From: an uncultured Gammaproteobacteria bacterium
GTDB lineage: Bacteria > Pseudomonadota > Gammaproteobacteria > UBA6002
DNA length: 64,000 nucleotides
Assembly: GCA_963705725.1 (NCBI GenBank)
Contig: CAVPKM010000020.1
Location: 42,198-106,197, forward strand
Reading direction: 5' to 3'
Shown: positions 10,710 to 23,200 of the stretch, in pieces
How the letters are laid out: the number at the start of each line of letters is the position of its first letter
How positions within the stretch are numbered: position 1 is the stretch's first letter
The notes under the pieces: model-generated
Databases searched by the model: none
What the model saw: only the letters and a program-made list of their open reading frames with translations
What the model was told of the DNA's origin: nothing
Position numbers and translations under genes: made by a program

Positions 10710-11206
10710 TTGGAAACAGTATGGGTAAAAAAAAATGGACTGCATTGGCTATGGTTAGCGGTTGGGGTGGTGATGCTCGATCAACTGAGCAAAATTATTA
10801 TTCATTTTTATTTAGATTATAATCAGACAGTTAGTTTACTGCCTTTTCTGAGTTTTACCCTTGCTTACAATAAGGGGGCGGCTTTTAGCTTTCTATCGGG
10901 GCAGGAGCATGCTATCTGGTTTTTTATCTTTACCGCTTGTTTAATTAGTGCTTTTTTATGCTTGTATCTCTATCGATTACGTCCTAATGATAACTGGCAA
11001 GGCATCAGCCTTGCGTTGATTTAGGAGGAGCTATCGGGAATTTATTTGATCGCATCCTTTATAGTTACGTAATTGATTTCATTCATTTTCATTTTGGTTA
11101 TTGGAGTTTTCCGATTTTTAATATTGCGGATACGAGTATTACTATTGGAGCCTTCATGTTAATTATTGATATCTTTAGGAAAAAAAATGGAAATATTACT
11201 CGCTAA
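10710..11206 (+). CDS. lspA: Lipoprotein signal peptidase II, frameshifted at ~11021
   Basis: DQLSK and NKGAAFSF; restoring one T gives [20 protein letters not shown], with stop at 11204-11206. Confidence 0.93.
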
Positions 11207-12159
11207 TCCTCGTGGATTCTGTGCTGGGGTAGATAGGGCAATAGAAATAGTTGAGCGTGCGCTAGATATTTTTGGTCCACCGATTTGGGTTAGGCATGAA
11301 GTGGTTCACAATGAATATGTCGTGAAAAAATTACGTGAACGGGGTGCCATTTTTACCGATGATTTAAATGAAATCCCCGAAGGTGCAATTGTAATATTTA
11401 GTGCACATGGCGTTTCTCAAGCTGTTCGAGAGGAAGCGAAATCACGCGGTTTTAAAGTTTTTGACGCGACTTGTCCCTTAGTGACAAAGGTTCATATGGA
11501 AGTGGCTCGATATAGTCGTGAAGGACTTGAGTGCATTTTGATTGGCCATGCGGGTCACCCCGAAGTAGAAGGCACCATGGGTCAATATGCTAATCCAGCA
11601 GGTGGCATCTATCTCATTGAAAATGAAAATGATGTTGCTACTGTCCAGGTTAACAACCCTGATCAGCTGACCTACGTGTCTCAAACTACCTTATCTGTTG
11701 ATGATACGGGAAAAATCATTGAGCTACTGAGGCAGCGGTTCCCTAAGATTAAGGGTCCAAGACGGGAAGATATTTGTTATGCAACCCAAAATCGTCAGGA
11801 TGCGGTTAAAGAATTGGCCAGTCGCTCAGAAGTAGTGATTGTTGTTGGCTCAGTAAACAGCTCCAATTCAAATCGTTTAAAGGAATTAGCCGAACGGCTG
11901 GGTTGTGAAGCTTACTTAGTGGATAGCGCAGATTCTATTAAGCAAGAATGGATAGTGAATAAGCATACAATAGGCGTGAGCGCCGGCGCTTCTGCTCCTG
12001 AAATCTTAGTTCAAGAAGTCATAGCCCGATTAGAAAAATGGGGCGGGCAAGTGGCAACGGAGCTTAAAGGTTGTGAAGAAAAATATTATTTTTGCGCTGC
12101 CAAAAGGCTTGCGTAAGCGAAAAAAATCCTCTTTTGAGAATGATTCTCAATTGCGTTGA
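11187..12159 (+). CDS. ispH: 4-hydroxy-3-methylbut-2-enyl diphosphate reductase; extra A at ~12080 shifts the C-terminus
   Basis: [24 protein letters not shown]; removing one A gives the expected [12 protein letters not shown] and a stop at 12157-12159. Confidence 0.95.
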
Positions 12160-12184
12160 CACGTCTTTTTCACTTTGTAATAAT
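12134..12184 (+). promoter_or_regulatory. Fur box and sigma70 promoter for feoAB
   Basis: Perfect palindrome TTGAGAAT-G-ATTCTCAA (12134-12150, 7-1-7 Fur type), TTGACA at 12156 and an AT-rich -10 at ~12178-12184. Confidence 0.85.
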
Positions 12185-12216
12185 GACTTCTTAGCATTAA
12201 GGTTTAGGAGTCTCGC

Positions 12217-12450
12217 TTGGATCTAAGTCACCTCTCTGTAGGAGATCATGCAACAATCATTGGTTATCGACAAGAAGATAAGCAATATCGAAAAAAACTA
12301 TTAAGTCTTGGGTTAACGCCGCGCACCGAAATTGTCCTAATCGGAATTGCACCACTTGGCGATCCTGTTGAGATTAAAATTAGAGGCCATTCTCTTTGCT
12401 TAAGAAGAAACGAAGCAAAGGTAATCTTATTAGAAAAAAAATCAGCATGA
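12217..12450 (+). CDS. feoA: Ferrous iron transport protein A
   Basis: RKKLLSLGLTP, APLGDPVEIKIRG, LRRNEA. Confidence 0.95.
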   Translation: MDLSHLSVGDHATIIGYRQEDKQYRKKLLSLGLTPRTEIVLIGIAPLGDPVEIKIRGHSLCLRRNEAKVILLEKKSA

Positions 12451-14831
12451 CATCTATTACTGTAGGACTAGTCGGCAATCCTAACTGTGGAAAAACCACT
12501 ATTTTCAATGGCTTGACTCAGTCAAAACAAAAAGTGGGTAATTTTTCTGGAGTGACCGTCGAGCGCAAATCTGGTGAATTTCAGCTGCAATCGAAAAAAG
12601 TTGAAGTCATCGATTTGCCTGGTATTTACCAATTTTCTTATTCAGCAGACCAGCAGGCTGTGGATGAAAAAATCGCTTCCCAATTTATTCTAAACCATGA
12701 AGCGGATGTCATTGTAAATATTGTGGATGCAGCACATCTTGAACGCCATCTCTACCTCACCTTGCAATTATTAACGTTAAATGTTCCCTTGATTATTGCT
12801 GTAAATATGCTGGATATCGCTAAGCGTCGGCAAATAGACATCGATTTAGTAAAATTACAGTCTATTTTAGGCTGCCCTGTGGTGAGCCTAGTCGCTAAGC
12901 AAGGCAAGGGTATTCACGATCTAAAGCGCGCGATAATTAACTATGATCAATATAGTCAACCAGCTGCTCAGCTGCGAATTTTACCTTCCATTCTTTCCGA
13001 TTCAATTACAGAGCTAGCTGCAGAAATTCAGAATAATCATCCGAGTTGGAAAGCCTCCGGGAGTTGGCTAGCAGAACAAATATTACAAGATCCGGACAGT
13101 ACTCAAATTATTAATCCTTCCATTAGGCAGCATGCTAATTGGCATAAAGAAAAAATAGAACAAGAGTTAGGGCAAGAATTAGATATTGTATTTGCTGATA
13201 GTTTTTATACAGCAGTGAGTCAAATTACTGAAAAAGCGTTGAAATATAATGATAACAAGCCAACTTATACAGAAAAAATAGATAAGGTTATATTAAATCG
13301 GTGGTTGGGCGTGCCGATTTTTTTAGGGGTCATGTATGTCATGTTCTTGTTTGCTATCAATTTAGGTGGGGCATTTCAAGATTTTTTTGATATTACTTCT
13401 GAAACGTTTTTTGTTCAAGGAGTGGAAAATAGCTTTAAATTATTGCATGCGCCAAGCTGGATTACTGCATTATTTGCAGCAGGATTTGGCAAAGGGATCA
13501 ATACCGTTGTTAGCTTTATCCCGGTGATTGGTAGCATGTTTTTTTTCCTAGCAATGTTAGAAGAATCAGGTTACATGGCAAGGGCAAGTGTTGTCGTTGA
13601 TCGATTGATGCGAATATTAGGATTGCCGGGTAAGTCTTTTGTGCCAATGATTGTTGGATTTGGATGTAATGTTCCAGCTATTTTAGGAGCAAGAACGCTG
13701 GAAACAGAACGAGATAGAATTTTGACCATTATGATGAGTCCCTTTATGTCATGCGGTGCAAGACTGGCTATTTTTGCTGTTTTTACCGCGGCTTTTTTCC
13801 CTACGGGTGGGCAAAACATTGTTTTTCTTCTTTATTTAATTGGTATCATTACCGCTATTTTAACGGGATTCTTATTAAGAAAAACTTTGTTAAAAGGAAA
13901 GGTCACTCCGCTTATTTTAGAGCTACCTGCTTACCATCTGCCACCCTTTTTAGCATTAATCAAATCAACATGGCATCGGCTAAAAAGTTTTCTTTTCGAT
14001 GCAGGTAAATTGATTGTCCCTATTTGTATGCTCATTGGATTTTTAAATACCTTAAGTCTGAATGACATTGGCATCACCAATGAAAACAGCCAAAAATCTA
14101 TTCTTTCTTCTATTGGTCAAGAAATCACTCCTATTCTTAGTCCCATTGGTATTCATCAAGATAATTGGCCGGCAACGGTTGGACTGGTGACAGGAACGTT
14201 AGCGAAGGAAGTGGTGGTTGCAACATTGAACACACTGTATTCTCAAGTAGGCCAAATAGGAGAAAATTCAGCTAAGCAGTCTTCTATATGGATAAACTTA
14301 CAAGCAGCAGTGATGTCCATACCTCATAATCTCATTGCATTAAAAGATTCCTTTACCAACCCTGTTGCGGCAAGTGTTTCAGAGGATTCCTTAAATAAGC
14401 AGGTCTATGGCGTGATGTATCAACGTTTTGGAGGAAAAATTGCGGCTTTTGCTTATTTACTATTCGTATTGTTATATTTCCCTTGTGTTTCGGCAACAGC
14501 AGCCATTGCTAAAGAATTAAATAAAAATTGGTCGTTGTTTTCCGTCGCTTGGAGTACCTTGGTGGCTTATTCGATTGCGACCTTGTTCTATCAGCTCGGG
14601 ACTTTCTACTTTCACCCCATTTCTTCATTAATTTGGTTGTTTCTCATTCTGTCCCTATTCACTGTTATAATTTCATTAATGAAAAAATGTGGTAAGCATC
14701 GAACGGTTAGGGAGTCGGCTTGTACTGTGAGTGGAAAGAATTTTGACGGTTTAGGGAGGTTTTATGAAATTAACTACCAAGCTCCAAATGGCCTTTGCCG
14801 ATGCGCAATCTCTTGCCATAGGAAAAGATAA
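12447..14831 (+). CDS. feoB: Ferrous iron transporter B
   Basis: [33 protein letters not shown]; start at the ATGA overlap with the feoA stop; 3' end overlaps clpB by 68 nt. Confidence 0.96.
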   Translation: MTSITVGLVGNPNCGKTTIFNGLTQSKQKVGNFSGVTVERKSGEFQLQSKKVEVIDLPGIYQFSYSADQQAVDEKIASQFILNHEADVIVNIVDAAHLERHLYLTLQLLTLNVPLIIAVNMLDIAKRRQIDIDLVKLQSILGCPVVSLVAKQGKGIHDLKRAIINYDQYSQPAAQLRILPSILSDSITELAAEIQNNHPSWKASGSWLAEQILQDPDSTQIINPSIRQHANWHKEKIEQELGQELDIVFADSFYTAVSQITEKALKYNDNKPTYTEKIDKVILNRWLGVPIFLGVMYVMFLFAINLGGAFQDFFDITSETFFVQGVENSFKLLHAPSWITALFAAGFGKGINTVVSFIPVIGSMFFFLAMLEESGYMARASVVVDRLMRILGLPGKSFVPMIVGFGCNVPAILGARTLETERDRILTIMMSPFMSCGARLAIFAVFTAAFFPTGGQNIVFLLYLIGIITAILTGFLLRKTLLKGKVTPLILELPAYHLPPFLALIKSTWHRLKSFLFDAGKLIVPICMLIGFLNTLSLNDIGITNENSQKSILSSIGQEITPILSPIGIHQDNWPATVGLVTGTLAKEVVVATLNTLYSQVGQIGENSAKQSSIWINLQAAVMSIPHNLIALKDSFTNPVAASVSEDSLNKQVYGVMYQRFGGKIAAFAYLLFVLLYFPCVSATAAIAKELNKNWSLFSVAWSTLVAYSIATLFYQLGTFYFHPISSLIWLFLILSLFTVIISLMKKCGKHRTVRESACTVSGKNFDGLGRFYEINYQAPNGLCRCAISCHRKR

Positions 14832-17343
14832 CCAATTTATTGAACCTATCCATCTCATGAAAGCCCTGTTAGATCAGGAAGGAGGAACGGTAAATTATTT
14901 ACTGACTCAAGGAGGAGTGGAGGTAGCGCTGTTGCGTGCTGAAATTGATGCAGGTATCGATGCATTGCCACAAGTCCAAGGATCTTTAGGGGAAGTGCAT
15001 ATTTCTAATGATCTGACAAGATTGCTTAATATAGCGGATAAATTTGCTCAACAAGGAAAGGATCAATTTGTTTCGAGTGAGCTTTTTATTTTAGCTGCTA
15101 TCGAGGATAAAAAAGATACATTAGGGAAAATATTGCGAAAAGCTGGAGCAAATAAAAATAAACTACAAGCCGCTATTGATGAGATTAGAGGAGGATCAAA
15201 AGTGAATTCTCCTGATGCAGAAGAACAACGGCAGGCGCTCAAGCGTTATACCACTGATATCACTGAAAGAGCAGAGCAAGGTAAGCTTGATCCTGTTATT
15301 GGGCGTGATAATGAGATACGGCGTACCATCCAAGTCTTGCAGCGCAGAACAAAAAATAATCCTGTATTAATTGGAGAGCCAGGAGTTGGGAAGACTGCGA
15401 TTGTAGAAGGGTTGGCGCAAAGAATTATCAATCATGAAGTTCCAGAAGGTCTTAAAAATAAACGGCTGCTAGCACTTGACATGGGTACACTCATTGCCGG
15501 CGCTAAATACCGCGGCGAATTTGAAGAACGACTCAAGGCTGTACTCAGTGATTTAGCCAAGCAAGAAGGGCAAATTATATTATTTATTGATGAAATTCAT
15601 ACCATGGTGGGGGCGGGTAAGGCAGAAGGCGCGATGGATGCGGGCAATATGTTAAAGCCTGCCTTGGCGCGAGGGGAATTGCATTGCGTCGGTGCAACGA
15701 CGCTAGATGAATATCGACAATACATTGAAAAGGATGCGGCATTAGAGCGACGTTTTCAAAAAGTCTTGGTTGATGAACCCTCTGTCGAAGACGCAATAGC
15801 AATTTTGCGGGGATTAAAAGAGCGTTACGAATTACATCATGCGGTTGAAATTACTGATCCCGCGATTGTAGCCGCGGTAACCTTATCACATCGTTATATC
15901 ACCGACCGCAATCTCCCCGACAAAGCCATTGATTTAATTGATGAGGCAGCGAGTCAAATTCGTATGGAAATCGATTCTAAGCCTGAAGAATTAGATCGCT
16001 TAGAACGGAGATTGATTCAATTTAAAATTGAACGGGAAGCATTGAAAAAAGAAGCGGATGAGGCCTCACGAAAGAGATTAGAAAATTTAGAATCTGAAAT
16101 TTCACGCTTGGAAAAGGATTATTCTGACTTGGAAGAAGTCTGGAAATCTGAAAAAGCCGCATTACAAGGAACACAACATATTAAAGAAGAGTTAGAGCGT
16201 GCCAGACTTGAGCTCGAAACGGCGAGGAGGGTGACAGACCTTACTCGCATGTCAGAGCTACAATATGGTCGTATCCCTGAACTTGAAAAGAAATTAGCCG
16301 ATGCTCAGCGATTTGAACACCAAGAGCGCCATTTGGTCAGAAACAAGGTGACGGCTGAAGAAATTGCAGAAGTTGTGGCTAAGTGGACGCATATACCTGT
16401 TGCAAAATTAATGGAAGGTGAGCGGGATAAACTACTGAAAATGGAATCCGTATTACATAAAAGAGTAATCGGACAACCTGAAGCCGTTAGCGTCGTTTCC
16501 AATGCGATTAGGCGTTCAAGAGCTGGCTTATCCGATCCCAATCGACCTGTTGGCTCATTTTTATTTCTCGGACCAACAGGAGTGGGAAAAACAGAACTAT
16601 GTAAGACGCTCACTGCTTTTTTGTTTGATACAGAAGAAGCGATGGTGCGAATTGATATGTCAGAATTTATGGAGAAGCATTCTGTCGCACGTTTAATCGG
16701 CGCCCCTCCTGGTTATGTGGGCTATGAAGAAGGCGGTTATTTGACAGAAGCGGTAAGGCGACGTCCTTATTCATTAATTTTGCTCGATGAAATAGAAAAA
16801 GCCCATGTGGACGTTTTTAATATTTTATTACAAGTGCTTGATGATGGAAGGCTGACGGATGGCCAGGGACGAACCGTAGATTTCAGAAATACCATTATTG
16901 TGATGACATCCAATTTAGGATCACATCAAATTCAAGAGTTATCTGGTAGTACTTATGAAGTGATGAAGAAAGCGGTCATGGAAATCGTTGAACAGCAATT
17001 TCGACCAGAATTTTTAAATCGTATCGATGAGTCTGTCGTATTCCATGCATTAGACAAAACGCAAATTCGTAGTATCACAGAAATACAAATACAGCGGTTA
17101 CAAAAACGTTTACACGAACGTGAACTCAGTCTTGAGCTCACAGAGAAAGCCATTAATTACTTGTCAGAGGTAGGTTATGACCCTGTTTATGGCGCAAGAC
17201 CGCTAAAACGCGCAGTACAAAATTACTTGGAAAATCCTTTAGCCCAGGACATATTAGAAGGCAGATTTTTACCAGGTGAAATTATTCAAGTGGATTATGA
17301 TGGGCAGTCTGCGCTAACCTTTAAGGTAACTACTACCCCCTAG
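14764..17343 (+). CDS. clpB: Chaperone/disaggregase ClpB
   Basis: Two AAA+ modules ([16 protein letters not shown]), coiled-coil middle domain, GARPLKR. Confidence 0.99.
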   Translation: MKLTTKLQMAFADAQSLAIGKDNQFIEPIHLMKALLDQEGGTVNYLLTQGGVEVALLRAEIDAGIDALPQVQGSLGEVHISNDLTRLLNIADKFAQQGKDQFVSSELFILAAIEDKKDTLGKILRKAGANKNKLQAAIDEIRGGSKVNSPDAEEQRQALKRYTTDITERAEQGKLDPVIGRDNEIRRTIQVLQRRTKNNPVLIGEPGVGKTAIVEGLAQRIINHEVPEGLKNKRLLALDMGTLIAGAKYRGEFEERLKAVLSDLAKQEGQIILFIDEIHTMVGAGKAEGAMDAGNMLKPALARGELHCVGATTLDEYRQYIEKDAALERRFQKVLVDEPSVEDAIAILRGLKERYELHHAVEITDPAIVAAVTLSHRYITDRNLPDKAIDLIDEAASQIRMEIDSKPEELDRLERRLIQFKIEREALKKEADEASRKRLENLESEISRLEKDYSDLEEVWKSEKAALQGTQHIKEELERARLELETARRVTDLTRMSELQYGRIPELEKKLADAQRFEHQERHLVRNKVTAEEIAEVVAKWTHIPVAKLMEGERDKLLKMESVLHKRVIGQPEAVSVVSNAIRRSRAGLSDPNRPVGSFLFLGPTGVGKTELCKTLTAFLFDTEEAMVRIDMSEFMEKHSVARLIGAPPGYVGYEEGGYLTEAVRRRPYSLILLDEIEKAHVDVFNILLQVLDDGRLTDGQGRTVDFRNTIIVMTSNLGSHQIQELSGSTYEVMKKAVMEIVEQQFRPEFLNRIDESVVFHALDKTQIRSITEIQIQRLQKRLHERELSLELTEKAINYLSEVGYDPVYGARPLKRAVQNYLENPLAQDILEGRFLPGEIIQVDYDGQSALTFKVTTTP

Positions 17344-17379
17344 AAGCAGACGTCTTGGCCAACAAATCCCTTGAGGGCC

Positions 17380-18561
17380 CTATATCCAATATTTCATATA
17401 AAGTAATAAACGGCCAATCATTCTTTGATAAAAAGGTCTTTTCTGCCAACTATTAAGTTCTACTTCTTTAGATGCAGTTAAATCTTGAACAAATTGTTTG
17501 GCAATCTGTTTTTTAGATTCAAGTAATCGAATATTTACATCTACCTCAAGGTCATGAAGCAAGCTGCGATGATTTAAATTACTCGACCCGACACTCATCC
17601 AATCATCAATAATTAATGTTTTTGCATGCAGCATACTCGGCAAGTACTCAAAAATTCGTACTCCTGCTTTTACCAAGTGGTAATAAAAAGTAGCGGATGT
17701 CCAGGGTAGAACAAAAATATCTGAGCGTTGTGGTAAGAGTATTCTAACGTCTACGCCCCTTACTGCTGCATCCACTAACTTCTTTAGCAAGATGCTATCT
17801 GGGACGAAGTAGGCATTGGTTATCCATATTCTATTTTTGCATTGATTAATACGACTTAATAAATTTCTGTAAAGTAATCGACGCCTATGACGAGTATTGT
17901 TGACACGAAAGACAGGATTTTTATTAATATGCCGAAAACTTTCTCGAATTCGCTCTTGGATTGGCATGTGGTCCCAAGCTACTTCAAATGCTGCCTTTAA
18001 TTCCTTCGTTTCAGTACAATTTAATCTTACTGTGGTATCTCGCCAATGCTCACCCCACTGTTCTTTATCCAGATGGCTTTGGCAAATATTTACACTGCCT
18101 ACATAAACGATGCGATCATCGATGATGCAAACCTTGCGATGATTGCGAGAGTTTATTTTCAATAAAAGGTAGATGGCTTTGAGTAGCGGTGAAACTCGTA
18201 CCACTGATCGACTCCATTGCCAAAGTCGCCAAGGAAAGGGATGAAAAATTCGTGTTTGTATACCCTGACTTTCAAGCATTCGTGTCAGTCCATTTCCCCA
18301 AAGTGGGGTACCGGCTCCATCAACCAGTATCCGTATGGTTACGCCTTTTTTTGCTGCTATTAATAATGCATTGGCGATTTTTTGCCCTACCCAATCATCA
18401 TTAAAAATATAAGTTTCGAGCTCAATAGAATTTTTTGCAGCGGTGATATCGACCACCAGTTGTTCGTAAAAACTCAAACAATCGGAAATGATAAGTTCAT
18501 GCAAATCAGCGGTCGTGTTGTGGACGCGTAGATGGTTTTTTGACATACATAATATGCTCAA
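17380..18561 (-). CDS. clsB: Cardiolipin synthase (ClsB-like phospholipase D)
   Basis: Two HKD motifs (RNHRKVCIID, LHAKTLIID); no N-terminal TM pair; exact start uncertain. Confidence 0.8.
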   Translation of the reverse strand: MSILCMSKNHLRVHNTTADLHELIISDCLSFYEQLVVDITAAKNSIELETYIFNDDWVGQKIANALLIAAKKGVTIRILVDGAGTPLWGNGLTRMLESQGIQTRIFHPFPWRLWQWSRSVVRVSPLLKAIYLLLKINSRNHRKVCIIDDRIVYVGSVNICQSHLDKEQWGEHWRDTTVRLNCTETKELKAAFEVAWDHMPIQERIRESFRHINKNPVFRVNNTRHRRRLLYRNLLSRINQCKNRIWITNAYFVPDSILLKKLVDAAVRGVDVRILLPQRSDIFVLPWTSATFYYHLVKAGVRIFEYLPSMLHAKTLIIDDWMSVGSSNLNHRSLLHDLEVDVNIRLLESKKQIAKQFVQDLTASKEVELNSWQKRPFYQRMIGRLLLYMKYWI

Positions 18562-19288
18562 TGGCTTCTTGAGGTGAGTCAGTAATATAAAGTTTGTTTA
18601 CATCTTCCAGTTCTATGGTTTTATTCGCTACTAAAGTATTCACCATAAAGTCTATTAGTGGAGTCCAAAATTCTACACCCATTAAAACGAGAGGGAAATG
18701 GGCAATTTTTTTTGTTTGAATTAAGGTGGCCATTTCAAATAATTCATCCAGTGTTCCAAGGCCTCCTGGCATGGCAATAAAGCCGGATGAATACTTGGTC
18801 AACATTACTTTCCTAACGAAAAAATACCGAAAAGTCAACCATGTGTCCAAATAGAGATTGGGCTTTTGCTCTTCAGGAATCCAAATATTGCAGCCGACAG
18901 TTGCGCCATTAACAGATTTTGCTCCCCGTACTGCTGCTTCCATAATTCCCGGGCCACCGCCTGTCATCACCGTATAGCCATTTTGTGCAAGTAGTTTACC
19001 CATAGCTAGCGCCATTTGATAATACCGGTGTTCTTGAGAGAATCTTGCTGAGCCAAAAATCGTGACACAATTTCTAACGTTCCTGAAAGTATGGAAAGCT
19101 TTGATGTATTCCATCAAGATACGGCCCGCCCGACCAATTTCTTTTTTGAATTTTTGTGGTCCTCTAAGAAAGCGCCTTTCTTCAGAAGATGGGTCATCTT
19201 GCTCTAATTGTTCTCGTGCTAAAGTGGATTTGATGCGAAGCTCGTTGTTGCCGGTATTCATCATTGTTGCTATTATCCTTATTTTCAA
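18506..19288 (-). CDS. LOG-family nucleotide phosphoribohydrolase (TIGR00730-like)
   Basis: VTIFGSAR, TGGGPGIMEAA, RKVML, PGGLGTLDELFE. Confidence 0.92.
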   Translation of the reverse strand: MKIRIIATMMNTGNNELRIKSTLAREQLEQDDPSSEERRFLRGPQKFKKEIGRAGRILMEYIKAFHTFRNVRNCVTIFGSARFSQEHRYYQMALAMGKLLAQNGYTVMTGGGPGIMEAAVRGAKSVNGATVGCNIWIPEEQKPNLYLDTWLTFRYFFVRKVMLTKYSSGFIAMPGGLGTLDELFEMATLIQTKKIAHFPLVLMGVEFWTPLIDFMVNTLVANKTIELEDVNKLYITDSPQEAIEHIMYVKKPSTRPQHDR

Positions 19289-19350
19289 CTAATTCATAAT
19301 TATAGAACTAATTTGTTTTCACTGCACTGTCCTAGTATCTGATTTACTAC

Positions 19351-19395
19351 GTCGTCCCGCGCATGCGTTGACACAGACTGAAACTGCGGGATGGC
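19351..19395. repeat. Degenerate REP-like hairpin upstream of pssA
   Basis: gtcgtcccgc...gcgggatggc stem; gtcgtcccgcg also occurs at 6492. Confidence 0.5.
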
Positions 19396-19419
19396 CAAAG
19401 ATAAAATGAGGATCCCCAC

Positions 19420-20175
19420 GTGTTAGCACAACCGCCTCGCTCAAGAGGCATATATCTACTCCCAAATTTATTTACCTTGAGTGCTTTATTCGCGGGCTTC
19501 TACGCCGTTGTTGCAGCCATGAAAGGAATCTTTGAGCATGCAGCCATTGCGATCTTTATTGCCATGTTAATGGATAGCCTGGATGGTAGGGTAGCTCGGT
19601 TAACCAATACGCAAACTCCTTTTGGAGCTGAGCTCGATAGTTTGTCGGATATGGTGTCATTTGGAATTGCTCCTGCCTTAGTCATCTATAGCTTTTCACT
19701 GGTTTACATTGGCAAGATAGGATGGCTCGCTGCGTTTGTTTTCACGGCAGCAGTGGCATTGCGTTTAGCCAGATTTAATACTTGCCATTCGCATGATAAA
19801 CGGTATTTTCAAGGCCTGGCTTGTCCAGCAGGCGCAGCCATTATTGCAAGCTTAGTCTGGGTATCTGTGGCTTATGGGATAGATGGATACGCCATTCGTC
19901 TATTTGCAATCATTCTGACGCCAATAGTTGGGCTGTTAATGGTCAGTAATATACACTATCGCAGTTTCAAGGATTTAGATTTAAAAGGAAATGTGCCTTT
20001 CTTTACTATTTTAATCCTCGTTTTTGTTTTTGTTTTAATCTCCCTCGATCCTCCTGATGTCTTATTCGTGGTTTTCTTCCTTTATGGTTTGTCAGGGCCT
20101 TTTACCCGTATTTGGCATAGCTATCATAAGCGACGACGATTAAAGAAAAATCGTAACTATCCAACCCAAGATTGA
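19420..20175 (+). CDS. pssA: CDP-diacylglycerol-serine O-phosphatidyltransferase
   Basis: RGIYLLPNLFT, DSLDGRVARL, GAELDSLSDMVSFG, RLARFN. Confidence 0.95.
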   Translation: MLAQPPRSRGIYLLPNLFTLSALFAGFYAVVAAMKGIFEHAAIAIFIAMLMDSLDGRVARLTNTQTPFGAELDSLSDMVSFGIAPALVIYSFSLVYIGKIGWLAAFVFTAAVALRLARFNTCHSHDKRYFQGLACPAGAAIIASLVWVSVAYGIDGYAIRLFAIILTPIVGLLMVSNIHYRSFKDLDLKGNVPFFTILILVFVFVLISLDPPDVLFVVFFLYGLSGPFTRIWHSYHKRRRLKKNRNYPTQD

Positions 20176-20196
20176 CAAAAAAACTTCCAGCGCTAA

Positions 20197-20229
20197 CTTA
20201 ATAAAATTTTAATAATCCAACTATACAAT
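20197..20229 (+). promoter_or_regulatory. PmrA-like box and -10 upstream of the 1330-aa gene
   Basis: cTTAA-taaaatt-TTAAta followed by tatacaat. Confidence 0.55.
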
Positions 20230-20258
20230 AGTTAACTATTGTCCTTCATCAAACTTTC

Positions 20259-23200
20259 ATGAGAAAACAACCTATGTTTAATAGAAAAAACGACGAGCTT
20301 TATCAGTTTCATATCAAAGAGGGAGCCGCATATTTTAATGCTGGAAAGTATCTAGAGGCAACCTTAGCATTCACGCTAGCGTTAAAGATCGATGCTCAAA
20401 ATTTAGCTTATTTCTACCGCGCTCAAGCTCATGAGAGAACCCAAAACTATGCCGCAGCAGCTAAAGATTTTGAAGATGCTGAAAGATTAGGTTGCAACGA
20501 TATTAATTATTTAACCCGCGGCCTCATGTATATCCAACATTTAAAGCAGACAGCCAAGGCCTTAAAGGACGCCGTTATTTTATTTAAAAAAGACATGAAA
20601 TCTGAATGTGCAGAGATTATCGAGCAATGCTTGCCACAGATAAAACTAGGAGACCTAGACGAAATAGAAAAAAAAGATCTCTTTGATAGTATTACCACCC
20701 TAGAGGAGAGGGGCTTATTAGAAATAGCCATTAGCTATTTAGAACCCTGCCTAGTTAAAGATGATCACAATCCACTCTCAGCACGGTTTTGGAAACGAGA
20801 CAGTATCATGCATGGCGCGCCTTCTACCGAGAAAGGCACTTTAAAAAACATCGGTGACTATGTGCAAGAAAAAAAGTTGAAACTTGCCGAGAATATAATG
20901 CAACTGGCTATTCAGACTGGAGTGGAGCAATTTCAAGCCGGTGACAATGAGATGGCCATTACTACTTTTAGCTTAGTCATTGAAGAAAATCCTAAATGTG
21001 CCCTAGCCTTTTATCATCGCGCAGAAGTGCACCATCATCTAAACCAACATGAAGCAGCAATCCAAGATTTTTGCCAAGCTGAAACCTTAGGTTTACCAAT
21101 AAAGACGTATAAACGCAGTCTATCCTATGCGTATTTAAATAAAATAAGTGAAGCGCTTGAAGATGCCATGTATGTCGCAAAAAATGGAACAGGAGAAAAT
21201 GGCTCAGCGATTGCAGCACTTTGTTTCTCACAAATTACGCTCGACGCACTGAAAAAAATCCCTCGGCGAGAGCTTTTTGATTTTATTCAATGGCTTCCGG
21301 GTGAAGATCAAATTCATTACCTAGGGATAATTCTTAAAAGAGGACCCTTAACTGTGTTAGGAGAACGCTTTTGGAATCCTCAAGTATTCAAACTGACTCC
21401 GCATATAGAAGATGAATTATTAATGGAGATATATAATTATCTAGACCACGAGTTAGATTCAGAAATAATCTTGCCTGATGCTGCAGACTTAGAAAAAATG
21501 GATGAACTCATCAAGCTGCCAAGCCGCGTGCAGCAGCTTCGTTATCATATTTGTTGGCAAAATTGTCATGAGTCAAAACAGGAATTATCTCATTATTATT
21601 CAAATTTACCCTGTGATTCCTACCAATTCGAAGATCACATTCAATATCTAGAAGACTATGTCTATTTGGGGATTATTGAAGCAGGGGGTTTTGTTTTAAT
21701 GGCGCTCAAGGATCTATTTAGGCATGCCAAAGATATAGTAGACTATCCCGCTCCAGTTGTAGCTTTTGTAGCTCGTGGCCCAGATACGCGAAGGCGTATT
21801 TATTTACAACTAAGTGCCCTGAAACCTGATGAAAAGAATTATCAGTCTTACCTAAAAATGCGGAACGAATGTTGGGATAGTGAACGCTTATATCGCAATA
21901 TTACCGATCATAATTATAAGCACGAAGATCCCATACAAATGCTTCGTTATACCATTTGTTCTCATAAAAATTATGGTAGATATCCTGAGGCTGAGCTAAA
22001 AAGGCTCTCTGATTATTATTCCCCAGAATCAGACCACCCTTTCACTTACCAATCGGCTGATAGGTGTAGATATGTAGAAGACTTTGTCTATCTGGGTATT
22101 GATACGGCAGAAGAATTCGTTCGCCGCGCTGTCAAAGAGGTATTAGAAAATGCTAATAATATATACCATACAACATTCAAATTTCAACCATCCAATGATG
22201 GCTTAAGGAAAAAGCACTGGATTATATTTGAAGGCAGGAGCTTTTATTCAAATGGTTGTCGAATAGCTACCCTTGCTGACGAGAAAAATCAGCAAGCTTA
22301 CCAAAATATTTGGAAGTTATGTGCACAAGAAGAGCAGAGATCTCGTAATGTCACTAATCCGGATTATCAAACAGATGATCCAGTAGAGAGACTTCGCTTT
22401 CAGATTGCGGTGAAAAAAAATAAGAATGAAAACTACGACGCTGAGAAAACAACCTTATCTCAGTATTACCTGTTCCCAGAAAAACATAATTTTGATTACC
22501 GCTTTGATTTATTCGAAAAATATAAGCAAGATTTTTTCCTTCTTGATATATCTGCGGCAGAAACATTTATCCACCGTGCCATTAGAGAGGAAATCAGTAA
22601 ATTAGATAGAAAAATAATATATTATTATTGGGGTTATAGCCCCCCAAGGGTGGTTGAGGTCCCAGCGCCAAAGTTTTTATCTAAAAACTGTCGTATCTAT
22701 GGTCTTGGGTTCAACACAAAAAATGATCAAACATATAGGCAGCTTCACAATGCGGCTTTGGCCGATGAAAAAAAGCTGCGCAATGTGACTAATCGAAATT
22801 TTAAATCTAACGATCCAATAGAGCAACTTCGTGTGACTCTTTGCATAAAGAAAAATGATGAAAAAGATTATACGAGCGAGCGGGATGCGCTTTCTGCGCA
22901 TTACGAATTCCTTCCAGAACATGGTGGCCTTAACTATTCAAAAGATCATGGCTTTATATACTTAAGAGATTTTCTCTACCTGGACATTCCTGGTGCAAAA
23001 GATTTTGTTCGTCTTGCTATTGAAGATGAGATTATCCAAGCAAAGGATAGTGATCGTTGGGGCTTCTTTAGATCGTTTAGCACGGAAACCCTATTTGATT
23101 CATGCATAATTGATAATTTGCGTATCAATGACGCTCATTACCAAATTTTCACCAAGATGTTGCAGGAATACATCCATAAAACAGGGTCATATGATGAAAA

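Noticed and set aside
7872-11206. ileS and lspA as true pseudogenes or programmed frameshift genes
   Set aside because: Both are essential, otherwise conserved, and repaired by single indels of mixed sign; sequencing error is more parsimonious.
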